Origin: Gammaproteobacteria bacterium 54_18_T64
GTDB taxonomy: Bacteria > Pseudomonadota > Gammaproteobacteria > Pseudomonadales > Porticoccaceae
Assembly (NCBI GenBank): GCA_002162825.1
Contig: MAAU01000011.1
Coordinates: forward strand, 27,573 to 91,572
DNA: 64,000 nt
Direction: 5' to 3'
Position numbers and translations under genes: made by a program. The number at the start of each line of letters is the position of its first letter. Position 1 is the first letter of the stretch. The notes beneath the pieces are model-generated. The model was not told where the DNA came from, did no database searches, and saw only the letters and a program-made list of their open reading frames with translations. Positions 20,901 to 27,322 of this stretch are shown here, one piece after another.

Positions 20901-21049
20901 TTAATAATTACCTGTACATCGGAGAGGTCGGGGATGGCATCAATGGGCGTATTTTTAAGGGCAAATATACCGGCGCCGACGATAATCAGCGTAGCCAATA
21001 TAACCAGGAAACGATTTTTTATGGACCAATGGATAATGTTAACGATCAT
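17918..21049 (-). CDS. cusA: CusA-type Cu(I)/Ag(I) heavy-metal efflux RND permease
   Basis: 1043 aa HME-RND protein. The three CusA methionine contexts are present (DLMYMPST, PLTMIET, RIDMLATGIKTP). Confidence 0.9.
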   Translation of the reverse strand: MIVNIIHWSIKNRFLVILATLIIVGAGIFALKNTPIDAIPDLSDVQVIIKTSYPGQTPQVVEDQITYPLSTAMLSVPGAKTVRGYSFFGDSYIYVIFDDATDVYWARSRVLEYLSQVTPALPPSAKPQLGPDATGVGWIYIYALIDKTGKHDISQLRSLQDWFLKYELQTVPGVSEVAAVGGMVKQYQIKVDPEKLRAFGIPLSHIQEAVQRSNQEIGASVVEMGEAEYMVSVSGYLQNRADIESIPLGMNVKGTPLLLRDIADINIGPQMRRGIAELNGEGETVGGIVVMRYGDNAQQTIIGVKNKLEMLKQGLPEGVEIITVYDRSGLIERAVDNLWGKLLEEFAVVALVCMVFLFHIRSSLVAIVSLPVGILSAFIIMHFQGLNANIMSLGGIAIAIGAMIDGAIVMIENMHKHMEGKELCDKNRWTIVTKAASEVGPALFFSLLIITVSFLPVFTLEAQEGRMFAPLAYTKTYAMAASAILAITLVPVLMGYFVRGKVRPEHKNPLSRALNKLYIPALESVLRHPKSTVLTAFFLTLLGLWPASQIGSEFIPALDEGDLMYMPSTYPGISIGKAREFLQQTDKLIRTVPEVKTVFGKMGRAESATDPAPLTMIETFIQFKDRDQWREGMTAEKIRQELDARLQFPGVTNAWVMPIKTRIDMLATGIKTPVGIKIAGPKLQEIQAIGLQLEAILENLPGTASVYSERVIGGRYIKIDIDRTRAARYGLTIADVQQVIATAVGGVNVSQTVEGLERYPVNIRYPQAYRDSVEQLALLPIVTDQGQRIALADVARVYIEDGPPGIKSENARVNGWSFIDIKDVDIGTYVQRAQRAVDAQIDLPPGYSLSWSGQYEYMLRAKEKLAYVVPLTLMIIVLLLYLNFRRVAEVVIIMATLPMAVAGGLWLMYLAGFNFSVAVGVGFIALAGVAVEIGVIMLVYLNQAWQQTLADCERQGSCVDDAKLRQAVMRGAGLRVRPVMMTVAAIIGGLLPILLGSGTGSEVMSRIAAPMVGGMVSALLLVLLVLPAVYYLWRRMQLAQGLE

Positions 21050-22263
21050 TCCGCAAACCCTCTATCCCCGTCCATGCGCTGAAAATCGGAATCGATGCTG
21101 GATTCGGAGTCAAGTAAAAACTGTGCCGAACTCACCACTGTGTCCCCCTCCTCTAAGCCCTTGAGGATTTCGGCTTTACTAAAACTAGTACGACCCAGGG
21201 TTACCTCAACCGATTTATAACGCCCCCCACCCAGGGCCAGCACCACCCGGTTCTGATTGCCGGTGCGAATCAGCGACTCCCTGGGCACTTGCAGAGTGGG
21301 CCCCGACTCAGCGCTTTGTATCATCACCTGGGCAAACATATTGGGCTTGAGCAGGGCGTCAGTGTTGGCAAAACGTAGGCGCACACGCACCGTGCGCGTC
21401 TGGTTATCGAGAATCGGATAAATGTAATCGACTTGGCCCTGCCACTGCCGCCCCGGCAGGTAATCGAGGCTCATGGTGACCGCGTTGCCCCTTGCCAATA
21501 AACCGGCCTGGCGTTCAAAAACCTCGGCGCTTACCCAGACCTCATCAAGAGCACCAACTGACATTAAGGCCGTGCCGGGTTTCACAAACATGCCTTCACG
21601 CACGCCGAGATTGGCGATAACACCGTCTTGAGGTGAATGTACGACAATCGTTTTTGTTGGTTTCCGGGATTGTTTTAGCGTATTAATTTGCGACTGTGCC
21701 ACATGCAAGGTCAGAAGGCGCGCCTCTGCCGCGTGGATTAAACGCTGATTACCCCGCTGTAAAGCCAGCACGAACTCCTCCTGCGCGGCCACCAATTTTG
21801 GTGAATACAGGGCATACAGAGGCTGACCCGCTGCGACGGTTTCACCCTCTGACTTTACATAGAGCTGCTGCAACCAACCTTCGACACGGGGGTGGATGTG
21901 AATCAAGCGATCCTCATCAAAGCCCACATAGCCCACCGTATTGATGACTATGTCCAGGGGCTTTAAGGTGACGACTTGAGTACGAACACCCAGGTTATTC
22001 TCAACGGCCGCCGATATCGTCACCACACCGCCCTCTGTCCGCACGTTTGAGTCATCCACATAAATCGGCACCAGTGGCATACCCATCGGTGACAGGCCGG
22101 GTTCATCGCGACGGTAATTGGCATCCATTGGCGCCTGCCAATGCAGCGGGGCATCAACGCCCCGCCCCGCTTCAGTGAGATCTGCGCTGGGAAAACGGGA
22201 GTAACTCAGCGTGCCGACAATGCCCAGCACTAAGGCCAATGAAAAAATAAACGCACCTTTCAT
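21046..22263 (-). CDS. cusB: efflux RND periplasmic adaptor (CusB-like)
   Basis: 405 aa membrane-fusion protein. 4-nt overlaps with both neighbouring genes. Confidence 0.85.
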   Translation of the reverse strand: MKGAFIFSLALVLGIVGTLSYSRFPSADLTEAGRGVDAPLHWQAPMDANYRRDEPGLSPMGMPLVPIYVDDSNVRTEGGVVTISAAVENNLGVRTQVVTLKPLDIVINTVGYVGFDEDRLIHIHPRVEGWLQQLYVKSEGETVAAGQPLYALYSPKLVAAQEEFVLALQRGNQRLIHAAEARLLTLHVAQSQINTLKQSRKPTKTIVVHSPQDGVIANLGVREGMFVKPGTALMSVGALDEVWVSAEVFERQAGLLARGNAVTMSLDYLPGRQWQGQVDYIYPILDNQTRTVRVRLRFANTDALLKPNMFAQVMIQSAESGPTLQVPRESLIRTGNQNRVVLALGGGRYKSVEVTLGRTSFSKAEILKGLEEGDTVVSSAQFLLDSESSIDSDFQRMDGDRGFAE

Positions 22264-23558
22264 AGCTTCTTTCCCTGCCTTGACGCCACGCCAGCGGCGA
22301 CAAAATATTGCATGTTTGCCAGCGTTTTTTGCCGCTGCACAGTGATTTCCAAGGCCATAATATTGGTATTCAACTCCTCGATACGCACTCGCATCACCTC
22401 GGCAAAAGAGCCGCCATCGGCCGTATAGGCCGCCAATGTGGCATCGGCCTGAGCCTGTATTTGCGGCAATAAATACTGTTGGAAAAGGCCCTCTCGCTCA
22501 TCCAGTCGCTGTAATTCGGCTCTCTCCCGCCGATACCCGGCCAACAATTCGCGCAGTAGTAGCTGCCGTTCGGTTTGTATTGCCGCGCGTCGATGACTCG
22601 CCGCCAAGACCCGCTGATCCTGCCTGTTGGCGGTAAACAGGGGCAGGTCGACGGTAAGACCCAGGGACACAAAGTCACCCCGTTCACTACCCCCCGGAGC
22701 ATTGTCGCGATAGGCGTAGGCAGCATTGATGCCCCATTGTGGTTTGTATTGCTGTCGGGCCAGCTCAAGCCCGGTGGCGAGGGATGCCATGTTGCGCTCG
22801 ATGGCCAGCACCCTGGGGTGTTGCATCACGCGCTTTAGCACCTGCCGCTGATCATCCATGTTGAGGACTGCGAGTTCATGCGCCACTAACGTATCCGGTA
22901 ACGCTCTGCGACCTAAGGGCTCTGACAACCATTCACTCAGGGCTTGCCGAGCGGCATCGTGTCCCTGCCAGAGTAGGGTCAAGCGGTCATTGAGTCGGCT
23001 CAATTCAAGTTCGGCACGAATCACATCTTGCTGGCGGGTGGCACCCGAGGTCGCGGTGTAATTTGCGTGGGCAATATCCACAAGCTGTTCGAAAAGATAC
23101 CGCTTGTTTTCAATTAAGGCCACGCTTTGGCGAGCTAGAAAAGCGTCGAACCACAGCAGGCTGACCTGACGGGTAACGCGGGCCCTCCTGTCCTCGCGCA
23201 AAAAGGGGTGGGCCGCACTTTGCTCACGCTTTTGCCGGCGCTGTAATTTCAGCGTATCGCCACGGGGGAATTGCTGCTCGAGGCCCAATTTAAATTGACT
23301 CATCGGCTCCTGGTCAAAATCCAGGGTATCCCTTGCCAAATTTAACAAGCCAAAGTTTAAGCGCGGATCGGGCAAAGCACTAGCGGCGATACTATCCGCC
23401 AGTAAAGCCCTCTCGTTTAGCTGACTACCCCTTATCCAGGGGTCATGGCTAACGGCATGGGCAATGGCCTGTTGTCGGCCGAGAGGCGCTTGTCCCGCCC
23501 AAGAACCAGGTATAAAAGCCGATGTGAATAGCGCCAAAAAAATTGTGACAATTTTCAT
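22260..23558 (-). CDS. TolC-family outer-membrane efflux protein (CusC position)
   Basis: 432 aa with a signal peptide (FLALFTSAFIPGSWA), no lipobox cysteine, and two OEP repeats. Confidence 0.85.
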   Translation of the reverse strand: MKIVTIFLALFTSAFIPGSWAGQAPLGRQQAIAHAVSHDPWIRGSQLNERALLADSIAASALPDPRLNFGLLNLARDTLDFDQEPMSQFKLGLEQQFPRGDTLKLQRRQKREQSAAHPFLREDRRARVTRQVSLLWFDAFLARQSVALIENKRYLFEQLVDIAHANYTATSGATRQQDVIRAELELSRLNDRLTLLWQGHDAARQALSEWLSEPLGRRALPDTLVAHELAVLNMDDQRQVLKRVMQHPRVLAIERNMASLATGLELARQQYKPQWGINAAYAYRDNAPGGSERGDFVSLGLTVDLPLFTANRQDQRVLAASHRRAAIQTERQLLLRELLAGYRRERAELQRLDEREGLFQQYLLPQIQAQADATLAAYTADGGSFAEVMRVRIEELNTNIMALEITVQRQKTLANMQYFVAAGVASRQGKKL

Positions 23559-23620
23559 GTTTGCTCACTCAATTAATTTTCACCTGCCACGCCAGGCCTA
23601 AAAAAGCCGAGTCCATGACT

Positions 23621-23648
23621 GAAAAAATTGCTGGCACCGCTAAGTGCC
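23621..23648 (-). terminator. weak terminator-like hairpin between the Met/His/Cys-rich ORF and the cus outer-membrane gene
   Basis: The minus strand reads GGCAC-TTAGCG-GTGCC, then AGCAATTTTTTC. The stem is short. Confidence 0.25.
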
Positions 23649-23722
23649 GAAGAAAATGATATGGAGCAAAACAGCAGCTCCCACTATCTAGCCATGTCTA
23701 TTTCAGACGCAGCTATCCTGTC

Positions 23723-24190
23723 TTAGTGGGAAATGGGGGGACGGAAGGGGCGGGTATTTGTCGCGACCTTGCCCTTTAAGGCTGGGGCAGACAGAGCAAT
23801 ATTCGCGACTAGAAAAGCCGTCGAATGAAAGCTACTCGGTATATAGGCAGAGCATAAACCCGGACAACAATCACAGTCGGACTGACAGACATCACCCTCA
23901 GTCATGGGCAGATTCATCCCTTGGGCAGCGGTGTCGGTATCGGCCAACACGGTACCGTGCAAGGCTTCGCTAACAGGCATTGCCGAGCTATCGACAGTAT
24001 CATTGATGGTCATAGGGCTATTCATCATGCCCTGCCCCATGGCCAGACTCGCATGAGCCGGATGCAGGGAAACAAACACCAATAGCAGCGACATAAGATA
24101 AGACCAGCCCAAGCTGTAAGGGAGCAAGGCCACATTCTTCGAAGTAATAGCTGTGTGATGAGCTTGGGTCATAGGCATTAAGTAGACCAC
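23723..24190 (-). CDS. hypothetical Met/His/Cys-rich protein, possible envelope metal-binding protein; start uncertain
   Basis: 155-aa ORF with a GTG start. Alternative ATGs lie at 24178, 24172 and 24094. Internal signal-like segment MSLLLVFVSLHPAHA, then MGQGMMNSPM, MNLPM and CQSDCDCCPGLC. It lies directly upstream of cusCBA on the same strand. Confidence 0.45.
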   Translation of the reverse strand: MVYLMPMTQAHHTAITSKNVALLPYSLGWSYLMSLLLVFVSLHPAHASLAMGQGMMNSPMTINDTVDSSAMPVSEALHGTVLADTDTAAQGMNLPMTEGDVCQSDCDCCPGLCSAYIPSSFHSTAFLVANIALSAPALKGKVATNTRPFRPPISH

Positions 24191-24242
24191 AGTATTTAAA
24201 GGTGGTTCAAGGCGTTAGCGCCAGGTCGGCAACAAACTTGTC

Positions 24243-24254
24243 TTGTCATGACAA
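24243..24254. promoter_or_regulatory. perfect 12-bp palindrome TTGTCATGACAA in the divergent cus/ars control region
   Basis: Read directly from the sequence. It lies 53 bp from the GTG of the 23723-24190 ORF and 110 bp from the arsR ATG. Confidence 0.3.
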
Positions 24255-24280
24255 TCTACCCAGCACCGGCTCCCGGCTTT

Positions 24281-24312
24281 GCGGTTTTGCGGTTTTGCGG
24301 TTTTGCGGTTTT
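24281..24312. repeat. octanucleotide microsatellite (GCGGTTTT)x4, perfect
   Basis: Four head-to-tail copies at 24281, 24289, 24297 and 24305, preceded by the partial copy GGCTTT. Confidence 0.95.
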
Positions 24313-24327
24313 AGCATCGTAAGCATC

Positions 24328-24356
24328 TTGACTACATTTGGCCATGCAAATATAGT
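24328..24356 (+). promoter_or_regulatory. sigma70-like promoter of arsR (TTGACT-17 nt-TATAGT)
   Basis: Hexamers at 24328-24333 and 24351-24356. Only 7 nt separate the -10 hexamer from the arsR ATG, and there is no SD. The spacer carries the imperfect inverted repeat ATTTG-N7-CAAAT. Confidence 0.5.
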
Positions 24357-24363
24357 TGCCGCT

Positions 24364-24705
24364 ATGCATACCGACGATTACGCCAGCCTCTTTAAGTGCC
24401 TCTCGGAGCCCGTACGCCTGCGCATCCTCTTTCTTCTACTCGACAGAGGTGAGCTTTGTGTCTGCGATATTGTCGATACGCTGGGCCTCTCGCAAAGCGT
24501 GGTCTCTCGCCACCTGGCCTATTTGCGCAATAATGCTCTGCTCAGCACCCGCCGAGAGGGCGTGTGGATTTACTACCAGATCATTAAAGTGTCACCTTTT
24601 ATTGATAAGCTGCTGGCCTTATTTTACCGCTCCGGCACAGATTCGAATTCTTTACAGAACGATCTGAAAAGATTTAGCACCTGCGCAAGCAGAAGCTGCA
24701 ACTAA
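24364..24705 (+). CDS. arsR: ArsR/SmtB-family As(III)-responsive repressor
   Basis: 113 aa from the ATG at 24364. Contains LSEPVRLRILFLL, the ELCVCDIV metalloid-binding motif, and the wHTH LSQSVVSRHLAYLR. The upstream part of the track ORF is translated repeat DNA. Confidence 0.9.
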   Translation: MHTDDYASLFKCLSEPVRLRILFLLLDRGELCVCDIVDTLGLSQSVVSRHLAYLRNNALLSTRREGVWIYYQIIKVSPFIDKLLALFYRSGTDSNSLQNDLKRFSTCASRSCN

Positions 24706-24785
24706 AGACCTCCGGTAAGCCCAAGGTATAGTTTCGATCCGTTTCAAGTGATCGACAAGCAGCACATTAGATTAAAACATTTGCT

Positions 24786-24795
24786 TATGCGCATA
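24786..24795. promoter_or_regulatory. 10-bp palindrome TATGCGCATA between arsR and the GAPDH gene
   Basis: Read directly from the sequence, 63 nt upstream of the GAPDH ATG. Function unknown. Confidence 0.2.
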
Positions 24796-24833
24796 TACGC
24801 TTTTAACAAGGGTCTCCGACAATCGAGTATGGA

Positions 24834-24857
24834 AGGACCAGGACCAGGATCAGGACG
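24834..24857 (+). repeat. four tandem AGGA-containing hexamers (AGGACC AGGACC AGGATC AGGACG) abutting the GAPDH start codon
   Basis: Read directly from the sequence. The ATG follows at 24858. Confidence 0.9.
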
Positions 24858-25895
24858 ATGACAATTAAAATTGGAATTAATGGTTTTGGCCGTATGGGGC
24901 GTTTAGCCCTGCGCGCGGCCTGGGATTGGCCGGAACTGGAGTTCGTTCACATCAACGAGCCAGCGGGCGACATCGCCAGCGCCGCCCACCTGCTGAAATA
25001 CGACTCCATTCATCGCACCTGGCGCCACGATGTTGGTGTCGATGGTGACAAGATTGTCATCGATGGCAAGGCCATTAGCTACTCACAGAATAGCGAACTG
25101 GAGGCTTCACCCTGGGCCGATCGCAGTGTCGACGTACTCGTGGAATGCTCGGGCCACTTTAAATCAAAACAAAAACTGGCCCCCCTTCTGACGCCCCTGG
25201 ATAAAGACCAGGGTATTAAAAAGATTGTCGTTTCCGCCCCCATCAAAGACGGCACACTGAATATTGTGATGGGCATCAATGATCAGCTCTACCAGGCGGA
25301 CCGGCATCATATTGTCACAGCCGCATCGTGCACCACCAACTGCCTGGCACCGGTGATTGATGTCATCCAAAAAGAACTGGGTATTAGGCACGGCAGTATT
25401 ACCACCATTCACGACATTACCAATACCCAAAGTATTCTCGACGAATATCACAGCGACCTGCGCCGCGCTCGCGCCAGCGGCCTGTCCTTAATTCCCACCA
25501 CGACGGGCTCGGCCACGGCCATTGCCGAAATATTCCCCGAGTTAAAGGGGCGCATTAACGGCATTGCGGTACGTGTGCCCCTCGCGAATGCATCCTTAAC
25601 CGACTGTGTCTTTGAGGTCGAAACCCCAACCAGTGTCGAATTTGTCAATAAGGCCCTACAACAAGCCGCGAACGGTAGATTGAGTGGCATTCTTGGCTAC
25701 GAAGAAACCCCCCTGGTCTCCGTCGATTACACCGACGATATCCGCTCCAGTATTATCGACGCCCCCTCGACCATGGTCGTCAACCAAAGCCAGGTGAAAA
25801 TCCTCGCCTGGTACGACAATGAAATTGGCTACGTCAACCGCATGATGGAGCTGGCCCTCAAGGTCGGTCGTTCGATCAATAGCCCGATGCCATAG
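24858..25895 (+). CDS. ArsJ-associated glyceraldehyde-3-phosphate dehydrogenase
   Basis: 345 aa. [12 protein letters not shown]-binding motif and catalytic [11 protein letters not shown]. It lies immediately upstream of arsJ (12-nt gap) and downstream of arsR. Confidence 0.9.
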   Translation: MTIKIGINGFGRMGRLALRAAWDWPELEFVHINEPAGDIASAAHLLKYDSIHRTWRHDVGVDGDKIVIDGKAISYSQNSELEASPWADRSVDVLVECSGHFKSKQKLAPLLTPLDKDQGIKKIVVSAPIKDGTLNIVMGINDQLYQADRHHIVTAASCTTNCLAPVIDVIQKELGIRHGSITTIHDITNTQSILDEYHSDLRRARASGLSLIPTTTGSATAIAEIFPELKGRINGIAVRVPLANASLTDCVFEVETPTSVEFVNKALQQAANGRLSGILGYEETPLVSVDYTDDIRSSIIDAPSTMVVNQSQVKILAWYDNEIGYVNRMMELALKVGRSINSPMP

Positions 25896-25907
25896 AGCCC
25901 CATCGCC

Positions 25908-27143
25908 ATGAGCCGCTCCCAGCACCAATACATATTGGTGACCCTTAGTTACTGGGGTTTCACCCTCACCGACGGCGCCTTGCGCATGTTGGTAGTGCTG
26001 TATTTCCACCAGTTAGGTTACAGCCCCTTTGCGGTCGCCTCGCTATTTTTATTTTATGAATTGTTCGGCATGGTAACGAATTTATTCGGTGGCTGGCTGG
26101 CCGCTCGCACTGGGCTCAGCATCACCCTCCATATCGGCCTGAGCCTACAATTGATGGCACTGGGGATGTTATTAGTCGATCCCGCCTGGCTCTCGGTGAT
26201 TTATGTCATGGCCGCTCAGGCCCTATCGGGCATCGCCAAAGACCTGAATAAAATGAGTGCAAAAAGTAGTATCAAACTGCTGTTGCCCGATAATGCCCAG
26301 GGCAAGCTCTACCACTGGGTTGCCCTACTCACCGGATCTAAAAACACCCTAAAAGGCGCCGGCTTTTTTATCGGCGCCCTACTGCTCTCCAGCCTCGGCT
26401 TTCGCGGCGCCATTCTGGTTTTATTCCTCGGTCTGATGTTGGTCTGTATTGCCAGCTTTTTACTCCTCGACAGAAGTATGGGTAAAAGCCAGTACCAGCC
26501 AAAATTCCGCGAGCTACTCTCCAAAAGCGCGGCCATCAACCGGCTTTCTGCAGTGCGATTTTTCCTTTTTGGCTCCAGGGATATCTGGTTTGTCGTCGCC
26601 CTGCCCGTCTACCTGCAAAGTGAATTGGGCTGGGACTACAGCGCCGTTGGCAGTCTCTTGGCACTATGGATTATCGCCTATGGAGGAGTACAGGCACTGG
26701 CACCGAAGCTAACTCAGACGGGGCGGCAAAATAACCCCTGTGGAAAAACGGCCCTACAATGGATACTGCCCCTCTGCCTGGTGCCCGCGGCGATCGCCAC
26801 CGCCCTGCACTACAGCCTGGCCTCAGGGGCGACAATTTTAATCATTGGCCTGGCCATCTACGGCATACTCTTTGCCATTAATTCATCCCTGCACTCCTAC
26901 CTCATCATCGCTTATGCCCAGCGCGATGGCGTCGCCCTAGATCTTGGTTTTTACTACATGGCCAATGCCGCCGGGCGCTTGATCGGCACTTTATTATCGG
27001 GTTTGATTTACCAATGGCAAGGTCTAGAAGCCTGCCTGCTTATGGCGTCTGGCTTCGTCGCCCTGGGATGCATGCTCTCGCGGGGACTGGCCAAACATCG
27101 TGTTCACAGTCAGGAGCAGGAGCCCACGGCAACATCGCTATAA
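25908..27143 (+). CDS. arsJ: organoarsenical efflux MFS transporter ArsJ
   Basis: 411 aa MFS protein with an ArsJ-like N-terminus (YILVTLSYWGFTLTDGALRMLVVLYFHQLGYSPF). The arsR-GAPDH-arsJ context supports the call. Confidence 0.85.
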   Translation: MSRSQHQYILVTLSYWGFTLTDGALRMLVVLYFHQLGYSPFAVASLFLFYELFGMVTNLFGGWLAARTGLSITLHIGLSLQLMALGMLLVDPAWLSVIYVMAAQALSGIAKDLNKMSAKSSIKLLLPDNAQGKLYHWVALLTGSKNTLKGAGFFIGALLLSSLGFRGAILVLFLGLMLVCIASFLLLDRSMGKSQYQPKFRELLSKSAAINRLSAVRFFLFGSRDIWFVVALPVYLQSELGWDYSAVGSLLALWIIAYGGVQALAPKLTQTGRQNNPCGKTALQWILPLCLVPAAIATALHYSLASGATILIIGLAIYGILFAINSSLHSYLIIAYAQRDGVALDLGFYYMANAAGRLIGTLLSGLIYQWQGLEACLLMASGFVALGCMLSRGLAKHRVHSQEQEPTATSL

Positions 27144-27322
27144 GCCCTTAACATGAGCGGACATGGGTATGAACGGCCATAGCCGCTCCGTAAATCGCGA
27201 CAGCCACCCCATATTCAGCCGACATTAGAGCGTAAAATAAACAGCGCCGAACTTTGCCCCTCCCCTAGGACTAATTTATAGGGATTCCGGGACAAATCAT
27301 ACTCACTGACAGCGATTCGATA

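Noticed and set aside
20429-21082. 217-aa plus-strand ORF antisense to cusA
   Set aside because: It is a shadow ORF on the opposite strand of a strongly supported gene, with a His/Arg/Gly-rich low-complexity translation. The many shorter antisense ORFs in the track were rejected for the same reason.
23680-23692. 11-mer CCCACTATCTA shared between the cus upstream region (23680-23690) and the repeat region at 28904-28914, and the CTATCTA core shared with the 16-bp array
   Set aside because: In a 64-kb window, many 11-mer coincidences are expected by chance. There is no consistent positional context.
24202-24363. 54-codon N-terminal extension of arsR in the track ORF
   Set aside because: It translates the octamer microsatellite and the promoter. 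The ArsR fold begins at the ATG at 24364.
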